This document shows positions 49,259 to 59,769 of a stretch of 64,000 nt of DNA, piece after piece; the first letter of the stretch is position 1, and every line of letters begins with the position of its first letter. Under the pieces are notes generated by a model. That model saw only the letters and a program-made list of their open reading frames with translations, had not been told where the DNA came from and ran no database searches. Origin of the DNA: an uncultured Microthrixaceae bacterium. GTDB taxonomy: Bacteria > Actinomycetota > Acidimicrobiia > Acidimicrobiales > CAVOFX01. The DNA is taken from positions 436,833 through 500,832 of the forward strand of contig CAVOFX010000004.1 in the NCBI GenBank assembly GCA_963695115.1, given 5' to 3'. The position numbers and the translations under genes were made by a program.

Positions 49259-50115
49259 GCGTCGAGCACGCCGGAGGGGCGGTGACCATCGACGGGCGCG
49301 TCACCTACGAGTGGGGTGCCCGCAGGCGCCCGTTCGTCCATCCCCTCAGGACCCCGGCCGGATGGTGCCTGACACGCGACGCGCCCGAGGACCATCCGTG
49401 GCACCACGGCTTGTGGTTCACGATCAAGTTCGTGAACGGAGAGAACTTCTGGGAGGAGTACGACGCGTACGGGGTGCTCCGTCACGACGACGAGCCGAGC
49501 ATCCACGAGGAGGCCGACCGCGTGGAGGTAGCGGGTTCGCTCACCTGGATCCGTCCCGATCGCGAGACCACGGCAGTCCGCGAGGAGCGGAGATGGGCCT
49601 ACACCGTCCTCTCCCGGGACGCGTACACGCGCTCGATCTCTCGACCACCTTGGTGGCGCCGGTGGACACCCTCTACGACCGCACCCCGTTCACCACCTGG
49701 GGGGGCTATGGAGGTCTGTCGTTCCACGGCCGCGGAGACTGGCACGACACGAGGCTCCTGCTGGCGGATGGAGTGGGACACGAGCGAGTCCTGGGGGAGA
49801 GATCAGCGTGGTGCGCGCTCGACGGCCCGTTGGGTGATGACGAGGTGCCGGTAGGCCTTGCGATCTTCTCGTCGCCCGAGAGCCCGCGGGATCCGGTTCC
49901 CTGGTACGGGAGCACCCGCGCCGCCACCTACGGCGACGAGGGCTGGTCGAACTTCCTGAACGCGGCGTTCCTCTGGGACGACCCGATCCGGGTCGAGTCG
50001 GGTGAGCCGCTCCACTTCTCGTATCGCGTGGTCGTGCACGACGGCCTCTGGGACCGAGAGCGCATCGAGGCTGCGTACGCCGGAGTGGCTCTCCAGGCGG
50101 GAGGTGAGAGGGTGA
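49255..50115 (+). CDS. PmoA-like / DUF6807 family protein (frameshifted)
   Basis: RPFVHPLRTPAG, DHPWHHGLW, NFW and YGGL, ending in VVVHDG. Not methane monooxygenase. Confidence 0.75.
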
Positions 50116-50847
50116 CCGCTCCTACCGTGCCGTCGCTCCCTGGCGCGATCGGAGTCACGCATCTGAGGGTCTACGACAGCGTGGCGCCCGACGGACTCCG
50201 TGGCGGCACGCCGCACCTCCACACCGCCTGCACCGAGGCCTACTGGGTGGTGCCGCGGCGCGGGCGCCGTGCAGACCATCGCAGGTGACGGCTTCGCCGA
50301 GACGTCGCTCGAGCCCGGGGCGCTCGTCTGGTTCACCCCGGGGACGATCCACAGGCTGGTGAACACGACCGGCGATCTGGAGATCCTCGTTCTGATGGCC
50401 AACGCCGGGCTTCCCGAGGCCGGTGACATGGTCATCACCTTCCCCACCGAGGTCGTGCGCGACCCCGACGCCTACCGTGCAGCGGCCACCTTGCCCGCTG
50501 CGGACCTCACCACCGCAGGATCCCCGGATCCGGCCCGCACACGTCGCGATCGTGCCGTCGAGGGTTTCCTCGCGCTGCGCCGGGCACTCGAAGCAGGCGA
50601 CCGGGCACCTCTGGAGGATCTTCACGTCGCCGCTGCGGAGCTCGTCGCACCGGCGGTGAGCACGTGGCGCGCGCGCTGGGTCGACGGTCCCCTCGCCGAG
50701 GTGGAGCGGACCCGGGCACACCTGGAAGCGCTCGACCGGGGCTCCGCCGCGCACCTCGGGGACTCGTCGGTCCATCGCATCGCCCCTCCACCCGACGAGC
50801 GGAGGATGGGCTGTTGCGGAACCTTGGGGACGTACGTCCGAAGCTGA
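50112..50847 (+). CDS. Cupin domain protein (frameshift near 50255)
   Basis: GGTPHLH...CTEAY, FTPGTIHR and NAGLPEAGD. Confidence 0.8.
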
Positions 50848-50875
50848 GGCGGCCACGCCCTGGCAGGGACTCCCG

Positions 50876-53108
50876 CTAGACGGCCTCGACGGTCCGGGTG
50901 TCGGTCTCGAAGTCGAGGCCGAGCCGAGCACGGTCGCTCGCCAGCTCGTAGGCCATGGCGAGGCGATCGACCGTGCCCCAGCGCGCGACTCGTGGCGGGG
51001 ATGCTCGCTCGATGGCCGACCGCGTCGCCGTCGACGGTGAACGGTGCGGTCGTGCCGAAGGTGACCTCACCCGAGGTGGGCGACGCCCATGCCACGCTGA
51101 AGCCGTCGTCGTCACGCTCCACCACGGGTGCCGAGGCCTTGCAGCCGGCCACGAACGCCTCGAAGGAGTCGGCCGTGGACGAGTCACCGACCTCGACGAT
51201 CCACACGTTGTCGGGACCGCCGTCTGCCACGAGGTCGAACGGCTGGGTCATGCCATCGGTGGGGTGCAGCGCCGGGTCGTAGGTCCGCCACTCGGGTTCA
51301 CGCCACGACCACAGCGCGACGAACCCGTCGCCCTTGCGGGCGAAGGTCCACCGACCGTCTCGCACCACCTCGTCGAACCGGTCCTGCGGCACGAAGGCGT
51401 GTGTGTAGTCCTGGTAGCCGAACACCGACCACAGCAGCGGGTCGACGTTGGTCTCGTCCCAGGCCGGTTGGTAGATGTGGATCGCCGGTTCGCTCGTGCT
51501 GCGCTGAGCGGGGGATGGACGCCTCGCCGGTCCAGTAGCCGGGCTTGTCGTCGCCGGTCCAGTCCTCTCCCTCGGGCAGGTCGGTGGCCGGGTGGGTGGT
51601 GAACACATAGCGCCTCGGGGTCGACGGTCGCCTGCCATGCGTGGATCTGGTCGCGCATCTCGCCGAAGCGGTGGTCGAGCACGGTGGCCAGCGCCACGAC
51701 GTCAGCTGCGCCAGGAGTAGGTGTTGGCCTCGCGCAGGTGGCCGAAGTTCACGACCGCGTGGTTCTCTCTGCACCCACTCCTCGACACGGTCGGGGTCGC
51801 CCCCGTTGAGGGCGACGAGCGCACTGATCTGGCGCCATCGCCGCGGTCTCGAAGATCCGGTACTCCTCGGCCTCGGCGAGGCTCGACGTCGATGACCTGC
51901 CACATGCCGAGCGCACCCTGTGACCACCAGAACTCGAGGTTCTCGGGGTCGTCGAAGTCGTAGCCGAACGGGGCCTCGGGGTCGTCGGTGATCGGTGCGC
52001 CGCCGTCGACGAAGATGCCGTGACGTTCGCGGGTCACCACGCCGGGGTCGTCGCCGGTCGCGATGTCGATCAGCACCTGCGGGGGTCGGTAGCGGGTGCG
52101 AGCCGGCGAGGTGGTTGGCGCCGGCGTCGGCGCCCCCCCGGTAGGTCGGAGTCCGGTGTCGTCGAACAGCAGCTTGAACGTGTCGAAGGTGCTCTCGCGC
52201 GTGTCGGTCTTGTCCTTGGCGTAGGTGCGACCCCGCGACGCCGTGTAGGTGCCCTCGTGGCAGTGGCCGGCCATGTCGAGCATGCACAGGTCGAGGGCCA
52301 TCGCCGCGGCGAGCACCAGCTCGGGGTCGTCGGCAGTGCTCGATCAGCGTGGCCAACGGCTCGACGTTCTTCTTCATGTACACGTGGCTGTGCCACTCGA
52401 AGAACCCGAACCGGGCTCGCTCGTGACCCAGTCGAGGATGAGCGGCTTCGCAGCGCTCGACGTGCTCGGCGCCGGTCAGGCCGGTGATCGTGAACGTCCG
52501 ATCGGGCATCCGCTGACCCGCCAGGTACTCGTCGACCAGGCCGATGATGATGTGGTTCTCGGACCAGAACCACTGCTCGTCGATGCGATCGGCCGGGCAG
52601 CGGGTCGTCGTAGCGGTAGCGGTTGTCGACCATGCGCTGCTCGATGGCCTCGATGACGGCCGGGTCGATGCGTGGTCATCTCCGTCGAACCGTCGGCCAG
52701 CGCCAGGATCCAGTGCATGTACATGAAGGCGAAGTCGCGGGTGTCCTGCCACTGCGTCGATCTGCTCCCAGCGCTCCTCGAGGGCGTCGACGGTGACCGG
52801 AGGACGGATCCCAGGTGTAGTCGGGATCGCGGTGCGACGGCGATCAGCGCGGCGACGATGGCCGAGAGGTCGCTGGGATCCGGGTCTGCCGCCGCGCCGG
52901 CCAGGTACTCGTCTACCCGTGCCTGCCAGGCAGCCTCGTCGACGAAGCCGGGCGAGCCCGGGGCAGGGAGGCCGGTGCCGGCCGACCCGCCGGTTCCGGC
53001 GGTGGTCGTCGATGCGGCGCTCGACCCTCCGTCGTCGTCCGAGCAGCCGACGAGCACCGCCGCCCCGGCGATCCCGATCGTGCCTGCCAGGAACCTCCGC
53101 CGATCCAT
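50876..53108 (-). CDS. Large Tat-exported lipoprotein of unknown function (many frameshifts)
   Basis: MDRRRFL twin-arginine and LVGC lipobox. Segments WSENH, GFFEWHSHVY, THAFVP and WIVEVG fall in successive frames. Confidence 0.7.
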
Positions 53109-53119
53109 GCGTTGCACTG

Positions 53120-53830
53120 CTACGCGCCTCCTTCCCCGGTCAGCCCGAGGTGCACCAGCACGGTGAGGCTGTCGAGCATCGCATCACGGTCGAATCGAAC
53201 CTGCCTCGAGGCCTGGAGGAACGTGAAGCGCTCGAGCATCGCGCTGAGCGCTGTCGCCGCGATCACGGGGTCGACGTCGGGAGGTCCGTGCTCGCGGATC
53301 ACGTTCGCCAGCGCCCCGGCGAACGCGCCGAGTGACTCCTGGCCGAGACGGGCGAGCTCGGTTCCCTGCTCGTGGGCAGCTTCGGTCCACGCCCGGGTGA
53401 CGGGGTCGTAGCGCATGTAGATGTCGACGAACTCGGCGATCCAGTCGCGCAGCGCCTGACGCCCCTCGGGGGTCCCGTCGATCGGCCCGAGCCGGTCTGC
53501 CAGCGCGAACATCTCTTCGATGCAGTCCTCGATCAGCGCCTTGAGGAAGTCCTCCTTGTCGGTGAAGTAGAGGTAGAACGCGGCGTGAGAGAGGTTGGCC
53601 TTGGCGGCGATGTCCTCGACCCGCGTCGCGTGGTACCCGAGCTCGCCGAACGTCTCCATGCCGGCGTCCATCAGGTCCCGGACGCTGCGCTTTCCGGCTG
53701 CCCGGAGCTTGCGCTGCCGCGCAGGGGTGCCTCCGCGGATCTCAGGAGGGGAGGACGGCGCCGACCCGACCGGGTCGTCGGCACCGGGAACCCGGCGCGA
53801 GGACGATGACGTCGTGTCAGCCTTTCCCAT
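53120..53830 (-). CDS. TetR family transcriptional regulator
   Basis: GYHATRVEDIAAKANLSHAAFYLYFTDKE HTH. Confidence 0.92.
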   Translation of the reverse strand: MGKADTTSSSSRRVPGADDPVGSAPSSPPEIRGGTPARQRKLRAAGKRSVRDLMDAGMETFGELGYHATRVEDIAAKANLSHAAFYLYFTDKEDFLKALIEDCIEEMFALADRLGPIDGTPEGRQALRDWIAEFVDIYMRYDPVTRAWTEAAHEQGTELARLGQESLGAFAGALANVIREHGPPDVDPVIAATALSAMLERFTFLQASRQVRFDRDAMLDSLTVLVHLGLTGEGGA

Positions 53831-53893
53831 CCGCCGCCAGGCTAACCCGAGCCGGGTCCTGCCCCAGGCGGAGGTCGCCGTGCTCCGACTTCT

Positions 53894-53908
53894 ATGACAG
53901 CATGTAAG
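53894..53908. promoter_or_regulatory. Putative TetR operator TGACA-N3-TGT(A/T/C)A
   Basis: ATGACAGCATGTAAG in the divergent tetR/thiolase gap. Similar sites at 53806 and 61891. Confidence 0.5.
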
Positions 53909-53948
53909 GGTATAGTCATCGGGCACCCGACGAGGCCATCACAGGGGT

Positions 53949-55151
53949 ATGACGCGAGTGGAGATCCGGGAAGCCGTCATCGTCGACACCCTCCGCACGC
54001 CCATCGGCAAGCGAGGTGGGGCGCTCGCGGGATGGCATCCCACCGACCTGCTCGCACATGCGCTCAGCTCGCTCGTCGAGCGCGCCGGGATCGATCCCGA
54101 GCAGGTCGACGACGTCGTAGGCGGGTGCGTCACCCAGGTCGGTGAGCAGGGCTGCAACGTCACGCGCAACGCCTGGGTCGCCGCCGGCCTGCCGTGGACG
54201 GTGCCGGCCACCACCGTCGACCGGCAGTGCGGCTCGTCGCAGCAGGCGGTGCAGATCGCTGCGCAGGCGATCATGTCCGGAACCCAGGACCTGGTCATCG
54301 CCTGCGGCGTGGAGTCGATGACCCGCGCCCCGCTGGCAACCAACGCCTCCGGGGGCGTGGGCCCGTTCAGCGAGCAGTTCCTCGATGCCACCGACGGGCT
54401 CCTCAAGACCCAGTTCGAGGTCGCCCAGCACATGGCCGACAGGTGGGGGATCAGCCGGGAGGAGATGGACGAGCTCGGAGTCGAGAGCCACCGCCGGGCA
54501 GCGCTCGCCACCGAGCGAGGGGAGCTCGAGCGCGAGATGCTGCCGGTGGAGAGTCGCAGGGTCGACGCCGAGTCCGGTGAGGTCGTGTGCACAGGTGAGA
54601 TGCTCACCCGCGACGAGGGGATCCGGCCCGAGTCGACGCTGGAGCGGCTGGCGGCGCTCGACGCCGTCAACCCGTTCGTCGCCCCCGACATCACAGCGGC
54701 CAACTCGTCCCAGATGTCCGACGGGGCCGCGGCGATGCTGCTGGCGGACCGTGCGACCGCCGAACGCCTGGGGCTGCCGATCCGGGGAGCGGTCCGTCAC
54801 GTCAGCGTGGCCGCCGAGGACGCGGTGTGGGTGCTGACCGCGCCGAACCGCGCCACGCGGCGCCTGCTCGAGCGCTCGGGGATGGCCATCGACGACTTCG
54901 ACGCAGTCGAGGTGAACGAGGCCTTCGCTGCGGTCACGATCACATGGCAGCGCGAGTTCGCCGTGCAGCCGGAGCTCCTCAACCCACGTGGCGGCGCCAT
55001 AGCCCTCGGCCACCCCCTCGGCGCATCGGGTGTGCGCCTGATGACGACGATGCTCCACTACCTCGAGGACACCGGCGGTCGCTTCGGCTTCCAGACCATG
55101 TGCGAGGGCGGTGGGCAGGCGAACGCGACGGTGATAGAGCGGCTCGGCTGA
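53949..55151 (+). CDS. Acetyl-CoA C-acyltransferase (thiolase, FadA5/FadA6-like)
   Basis: DRQCGSSQ, NEAFA, GHPLGASG and CEGGG. Confidence 0.93.
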   Translation: MTRVEIREAVIVDTLRTPIGKRGGALAGWHPTDLLAHALSSLVERAGIDPEQVDDVVGGCVTQVGEQGCNVTRNAWVAAGLPWTVPATTVDRQCGSSQQAVQIAAQAIMSGTQDLVIACGVESMTRAPLATNASGGVGPFSEQFLDATDGLLKTQFEVAQHMADRWGISREEMDELGVESHRRAALATERGELEREMLPVESRRVDAESGEVVCTGEMLTRDEGIRPESTLERLAALDAVNPFVAPDITAANSSQMSDGAAAMLLADRATAERLGLPIRGAVRHVSVAAEDAVWVLTAPNRATRRLLERSGMAIDDFDAVEVNEAFAAVTITWQREFAVQPELLNPRGGAIALGHPLGASGVRLMTTMLHYLEDTGGRFGFQTMCEGGGQANATVIERLG

Positions 55152-55205
55152 GCAGGGCTCCGTGTCGGGGCCGGAACGACGACGAACGAGGAAGGAACCC
55201 ACGCG

Positions 55206-56015
55206 ATGCCAATCCACTTCGAGGTGCGCGACCAGCACGTCGCGGTCATCACCATCGATCGGCCTGAGCGCCGGAACTCGCTGGACCTGCCTCACTTCTC
55301 GGCGCTGGCACAGGCCTGGCGGCGCGTTCGCGACGACGACGAGCTGTGGTTGGCGATCATCACCGGGATCGGCAACAGCTTCTGCGTCGGGGCCGACCTT
55401 CGCGACTTCATCCCCCAGATCACCGAGCTGACCGAGCAGCTCGCGTCGGGTGAGGTCACCGAGCTCGAAGGGATGTCGGTGCACGACTCGGTCGAGGCGG
55501 TGCTGCGCGACGTGGACCTGTACAAGCCGGTCATCGCCGCGGTGAACGGCACCTGCGTAGCCGGCGGCATGGAGATGCTCGGCGGCTGCGACATCCGGCT
55601 CGCCGTGCCCGAGGCGACCTTCGGAGTGGTCGAGCCGCGCCGGGGTCTGTTCGCCGGTGGCGGGACGACGGCGCGGCTGCCCCGACAGATCGCGTTCCCC
55701 CACGCCATGGAGTTCCTGCTCACGGCCGAGCAGGTGCCCGCTGCGCAGGCCGAGCGGATGGGGCTGGTGAACGAGATCGTCGAGAGCGAGCAGCTGATGG
55801 ATCGGGCCATGGAGTGGGCGCACCGCATCATGAAGAACGCGCCGCTCGCGGTGCAGGCCACGAAGGAGAGCGTCGTGCGCGGCCTGAAGGTGAGCCTCGA
55901 CGAGGCCTACACGATCGAGATGGAGCTGGCAGCCCGTGTGTTCGGCACCGAGGACGCCCAGGAAGGACCCCGGGCCTTCGCCGAGAAGCGTGAGCCGGTC
56001 TGGCAAGGGCGCTGA
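55206..56015 (+). CDS. Enoyl-CoA hydratase/isomerase
   Basis: FCVGADL, AGGME, VEP and EGPRAFAEKR. Confidence 0.93.
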   Translation: MPIHFEVRDQHVAVITIDRPERRNSLDLPHFSALAQAWRRVRDDDELWLAIITGIGNSFCVGADLRDFIPQITELTEQLASGEVTELEGMSVHDSVEAVLRDVDLYKPVIAAVNGTCVAGGMEMLGGCDIRLAVPEATFGVVEPRRGLFAGGGTTARLPRQIAFPHAMEFLLTAEQVPAAQAERMGLVNEIVESEQLMDRAMEWAHRIMKNAPLAVQATKESVVRGLKVSLDEAYTIEMELAARVFGTEDAQEGPRAFAEKREPVWQGR

Positions 56016-57507
56016 TGCCTGAGACGGACCCCCGGACCCCGTGCATCATCGGGGTCTCTCAGCAGACCTGGCGAGGCGGCGTCGACAGTCCCGAGCCGCT
56101 CGAGATGATGGCCGAGGTGGCCCGTGCGGCGGCCCGGGATGCCGGCGCGGCGGACTGCCTCCCGGGGGTCGACCGCGTCCACACGATCCACTGCCTCAGC
56201 TGGGCCTACGACGATCCCCCGCTCCGGCTGGCCCAGCGGCTCGGGTCCTCGCCGCGCAGCACCCCGGTGCCTGAGATGGGTGGCAACGTCCCGCAGTCGG
56301 TGGTCGCCCGCGCCGCCGAGGCGATCGCGCGCGGCGAGGCCGATCTGGTGCTCGTCGCCGCCGCGGAGGCGCTCGCCACCGCCCGCAACCTCCGCAAGGA
56401 GGGTCGCACCCCTGACTGGAGCCATCCGATCGAAGGAGAGCCGGGCCTCCCGTGGGACACCCCTCCGCACCCCGCAGAGCTCACCCACGGGCTGTTCCTC
56501 GCCACGACCACCTTCCCGCTCTTCGACGTGGCCCGGCGCGCCCGCCTCGGTATCGAGCCGGCCGGCTACCGCGCTCGGCTCGGTCGGCTGCTCGCCCCGA
56601 TGACCGAGCTCGCCGCGGCGAACCCGCTCGCGTGGAACCGCCATGCGTACAGCGCGGACGAGATCATCGAGCCCACACCCGACAACCGCATGGTCGCCGA
56701 GCCCTACACGAAGCGCATGGTCGCCATGATGGACGTCGACATGGGAGCGGCTGTGCTGCTCGCCAGCACCGAGCGCGCCGATGCGCTCGGTGTGCCCGCC
56801 GACCGCCGTGTCTTCCCACGCGGGTGGGCGGAGGCTTCCGATCACCCGTACATCGCGGCTCGCCCCGAGCTGTGGCGCTCGCCGGCCATGGAGGCGGCGG
56901 CGAGAGCGGCGCTCCGCCCGCGGCCGGGACCACCGTGGACGAGGTCGCACACCTCGACCTGTACAGCTGCTTCTCCAGCTCGATCCTGTTCGCCCGCGAC
57001 GCCCTGGGGATGGCCGACGACGATCCCCGCCTCGCGACCGTGACGGGTGGGCTCCCGTACTTCGGCGGCCCCGGGAGCGGCTACGTCCTCCACGCCATCG
57101 TGACGATGACCGATCGGCTGCGTGACGACCCCGACGCCCACGGGATCGTCAGCGGGGTCGGGATGTACATGGCCAAGCACTCGTACGGCGTCTACGCGGC
57201 GAAGCCGGGTCCGCTCACCCCTCCCGACGCCGACGCCGTGCAGGCGGAGGCAGACGCAGTCGGCAGCCGGGCGATCGTAGAGCGACCCGGGGGCCCGGGC
57301 GAGCTGGTCGCTCACACCGTCAGCTACTCGCGCGACGGTCGACCCGAGAAGCTCCTCGCGGTGTGCGAGCTGCCGGACGGCTCGCGCTGCTACGGGGAGT
57401 CGACCGACGAGGGGCTGATGGGCGCTTCACGGGCGACCGAGCTGGTCGGGACGAAGGTCGCTCTCGTCACCGAAGAGCACGGCAGCACCGTGCTCACGGC
57501 CGACTGA
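56015..57507 (+). CDS. Thiolase-like protein with C-terminal extra domain (frameshift near 56920)
   Basis: GGNVPQ in place of the catalytic Cys, VDMGAA, DLYSCF and TGGLPYFGGPG. Confidence 0.8.
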
Positions 57508-57543
57508 GAAGGTGGGATGACGACGAGAGGGGAGGGGATCGCG

Positions 57544-59769
57544 ATGAGCATCGCCATCAGCGAGGAGCACGTTGCGCTCGCGGACGCCGTCCGGCGTTGG
57601 GCAGAGGATCGCGGTGCCGGTGCCGCACGTGCTCAGCTCGACAGTCCCGACGAGCGGCTCCCGTCGTGCTGGCACGAGCTCGCGAGCCAGGACTGGCTCG
57701 GCCTGCACCTGTCGGAGGCGCGCGGAGGCGGCGGCTACGGGGTCGCGGAGCTCGCAGTCGTGATCGAGCAGCTCGGTCGCGCCATGATCCCCGGACCGGC
57801 CGTGCCGAGCGCGCTCGCAGCGATGCTCATCGACCGCCACGGCGCGGACGCGCTGGCCGACGCGCTCGTCCCCGAGCTGGCGGCCGGCACCAAGGTCGCG
57901 GCGGTCGGGCTGGCCGGAGCCGGAGACAGCGACCTCACGGCCGCCGCCGACGACGCGGGTGGTCTCGTCCTGCACGGCTCGGCAGGCCCCGTGCTCGGTG
58001 CCGGTGTGGCGGACGTGCTGGTGGCGGAAGCGACGCTGCCCGACGGCAGCCACCGTTGGCTGGTGGTGCCCACCTCCGACGCCACCGTCACCCCGGTGGC
58101 CAACCTCGACGAGACCCGAAGGGTCGCCCACGTCTCGTTCGAGGGCGCGCCCGTCGCGGCGGACGCAGTCCTGGGCGGACTCGACCGCGCTCGGGTGCGT
58201 GACCTCGCGGCGACGCTCCTCGCGTGCGAGGCCGCCGGCATGGCCGGTTGGTGCCTCGACGCGGCGGTCGAGTACGCGAAGGTCCGGGAGCAGTTCGGCA
58301 AGCCGATCGGCGCCTTCCAGGCCGTGAAGCACCGCCTCGCCAACATGCTCGTCGCAGTCGAGCAGGCCCGGGCCGTTGCATGGGACGCCTCCCGCGCCGC
58401 GGATGCGCCGGCCGGCGATCCCGCCTCCGAGCTGGCCCAGGCCGCCTTCCCGGCCGGGACCCTCGGCCCCGAGGTCGCGGTGGCGGTGGCCAAGGACGCC
58501 ATCCAGGTGTTCGGCGGCATCGGCTTCACCTGGGAGCACGACGTGCACCTCTACCTGAAGCGGGCGCTGGCCGTGCGGGCGCTGCTCGGAACGGCGTCGA
58601 GCTGGCACGCCAGGGCGATCGAGCTCGCGAGGACGGGACTGCGGAGGCACCTCGCCGTCGAGCTCCCGCCCGAGGCGCAGGAGCACCGCCCTGTCGTGCA
58701 CGAGTTCCTCGACACGCTCGAGGGCCTCGACGAGATGACCCAGCGCGCCCGCATGGCAGAGGGTGGCTGGGTCGTCCCCCACCTGCCGGCTCCCTGGGGC
58801 CGCGATGCCGACGCGCTGGAGCAGATGGTCATCGACGAGGAGCTCGGTGCCCGTGGGTACAGCCGACCGCACCTCATGGTCGGCGGCTGGGTGGTCCCGA
58901 CGCTGATCGGCCACGGCACGGAGGAGCAGAAGCAGCGATGGATCCCGCCGACGCTGCGTGGAGAGATCGTCTGGTGCCAGCTCTTCAGCGAGCCCGGTGC
59001 CGGATCGGACCTGGCGGCCCTCTCCACCAAGGCCGTGAAGGTGCCCGGCGGTTGGGAGCTGACCGGCCAGAAGGTGTGGACCTCGCTGGCACACGAGGCC
59101 CAGTGGGGGATCTGCCTCGCCCGCACCGACCCCGACGTCCCCAAGCGCGAGGGCATCACCTACTTCGTGCTCGACATGGCTGCCGATGGGATCGAGATCC
59201 GGCCGCTGCGCGAGCTCACCGGCATCGCCCTGTTCAACGAGGTGTTCCTCACCGACGTGTTCGTGCCCGACGACTGCGTCATCGGTGCCGTCGACGACGG
59301 CTGGCGGGTGGCTCGCTCCACGCTGGGCCACGAGCGGGTGGCGATGTCATCGGGCTCGTCCTTCGGAGCGCCCCTCGAGATCGTCGCCGCGGTCGAGTTC
59401 GGCCGCGAGGACGACCCGGTCCGCCTCGACCAGCTCGGCGCGCTGCTCGTCGAGGCGCAGTCGCTCGCAGTGCTCGCGGCGCGGGCCACGCTTCGCCAGC
59501 TCGGCGGTGACGAGGACGCGATGGCCAGCGTCCGCAAGCTCCTGGGCGTCGAGCACAACCAGAGGGTGGCCGAGTTCGGTCTCTGGCAGTCCGGCGTGCT
59601 CGCCGCCACCAACGAGGGACAGCCGGGCGAGCGCGCGATCGTGTTCCTCGCCAACCGTTGCCTCACCATCGCCGGTGGCACGAGCGAGATCCAGCGCAAC
59701 ATCATCGGTGAGCGCATCCTCGGCCTTCCCCGCGACGACAGCGACCAACCCGAAGGAGCCCACCGGTGA
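57544..59769 (+). CDS. Two-domain fused acyl-CoA dehydrogenase (FadE34/ChsE3-like)
   Basis: N-half REQFGKPIGAFQAVKH...GGIGFTWEH. C-half WCQLFSEPGAGSDLA...IAGGTSEIQRN. Confidence 0.9.
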   Translation: MSIAISEEHVALADAVRRWAEDRGAGAARAQLDSPDERLPSCWHELASQDWLGLHLSEARGGGGYGVAELAVVIEQLGRAMIPGPAVPSALAAMLIDRHGADALADALVPELAAGTKVAAVGLAGAGDSDLTAAADDAGGLVLHGSAGPVLGAGVADVLVAEATLPDGSHRWLVVPTSDATVTPVANLDETRRVAHVSFEGAPVAADAVLGGLDRARVRDLAATLLACEAAGMAGWCLDAAVEYAKVREQFGKPIGAFQAVKHRLANMLVAVEQARAVAWDASRAADAPAGDPASELAQAAFPAGTLGPEVAVAVAKDAIQVFGGIGFTWEHDVHLYLKRALAVRALLGTASSWHARAIELARTGLRRHLAVELPPEAQEHRPVVHEFLDTLEGLDEMTQRARMAEGGWVVPHLPAPWGRDADALEQMVIDEELGARGYSRPHLMVGGWVVPTLIGHGTEEQKQRWIPPTLRGEIVWCQLFSEPGAGSDLAALSTKAVKVPGGWELTGQKVWTSLAHEAQWGICLARTDPDVPKREGITYFVLDMAADGIEIRPLRELTGIALFNEVFLTDVFVPDDCVIGAVDDGWRVARSTLGHERVAMSSGSSFGAPLEIVAAVEFGREDDPVRLDQLGALLVEAQSLAVLAARATLRQLGGDEDAMASVRKLLGVEHNQRVAEFGLWQSGVLAATNEGQPGERAIVFLANRCLTIAGGTSEIQRNIIGERILGLPRDDSDQPEGAHR

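Noticed and set aside
49311-50288. Apparent PmoA-like/cupin fusion, and reading PmoA as methane monooxygenase
   Set aside because: A GTGA overlap at 50112-50115 suggests two genes joined by an indel. The protein is soluble DUF6807-like, not the membrane pMMO subunit.
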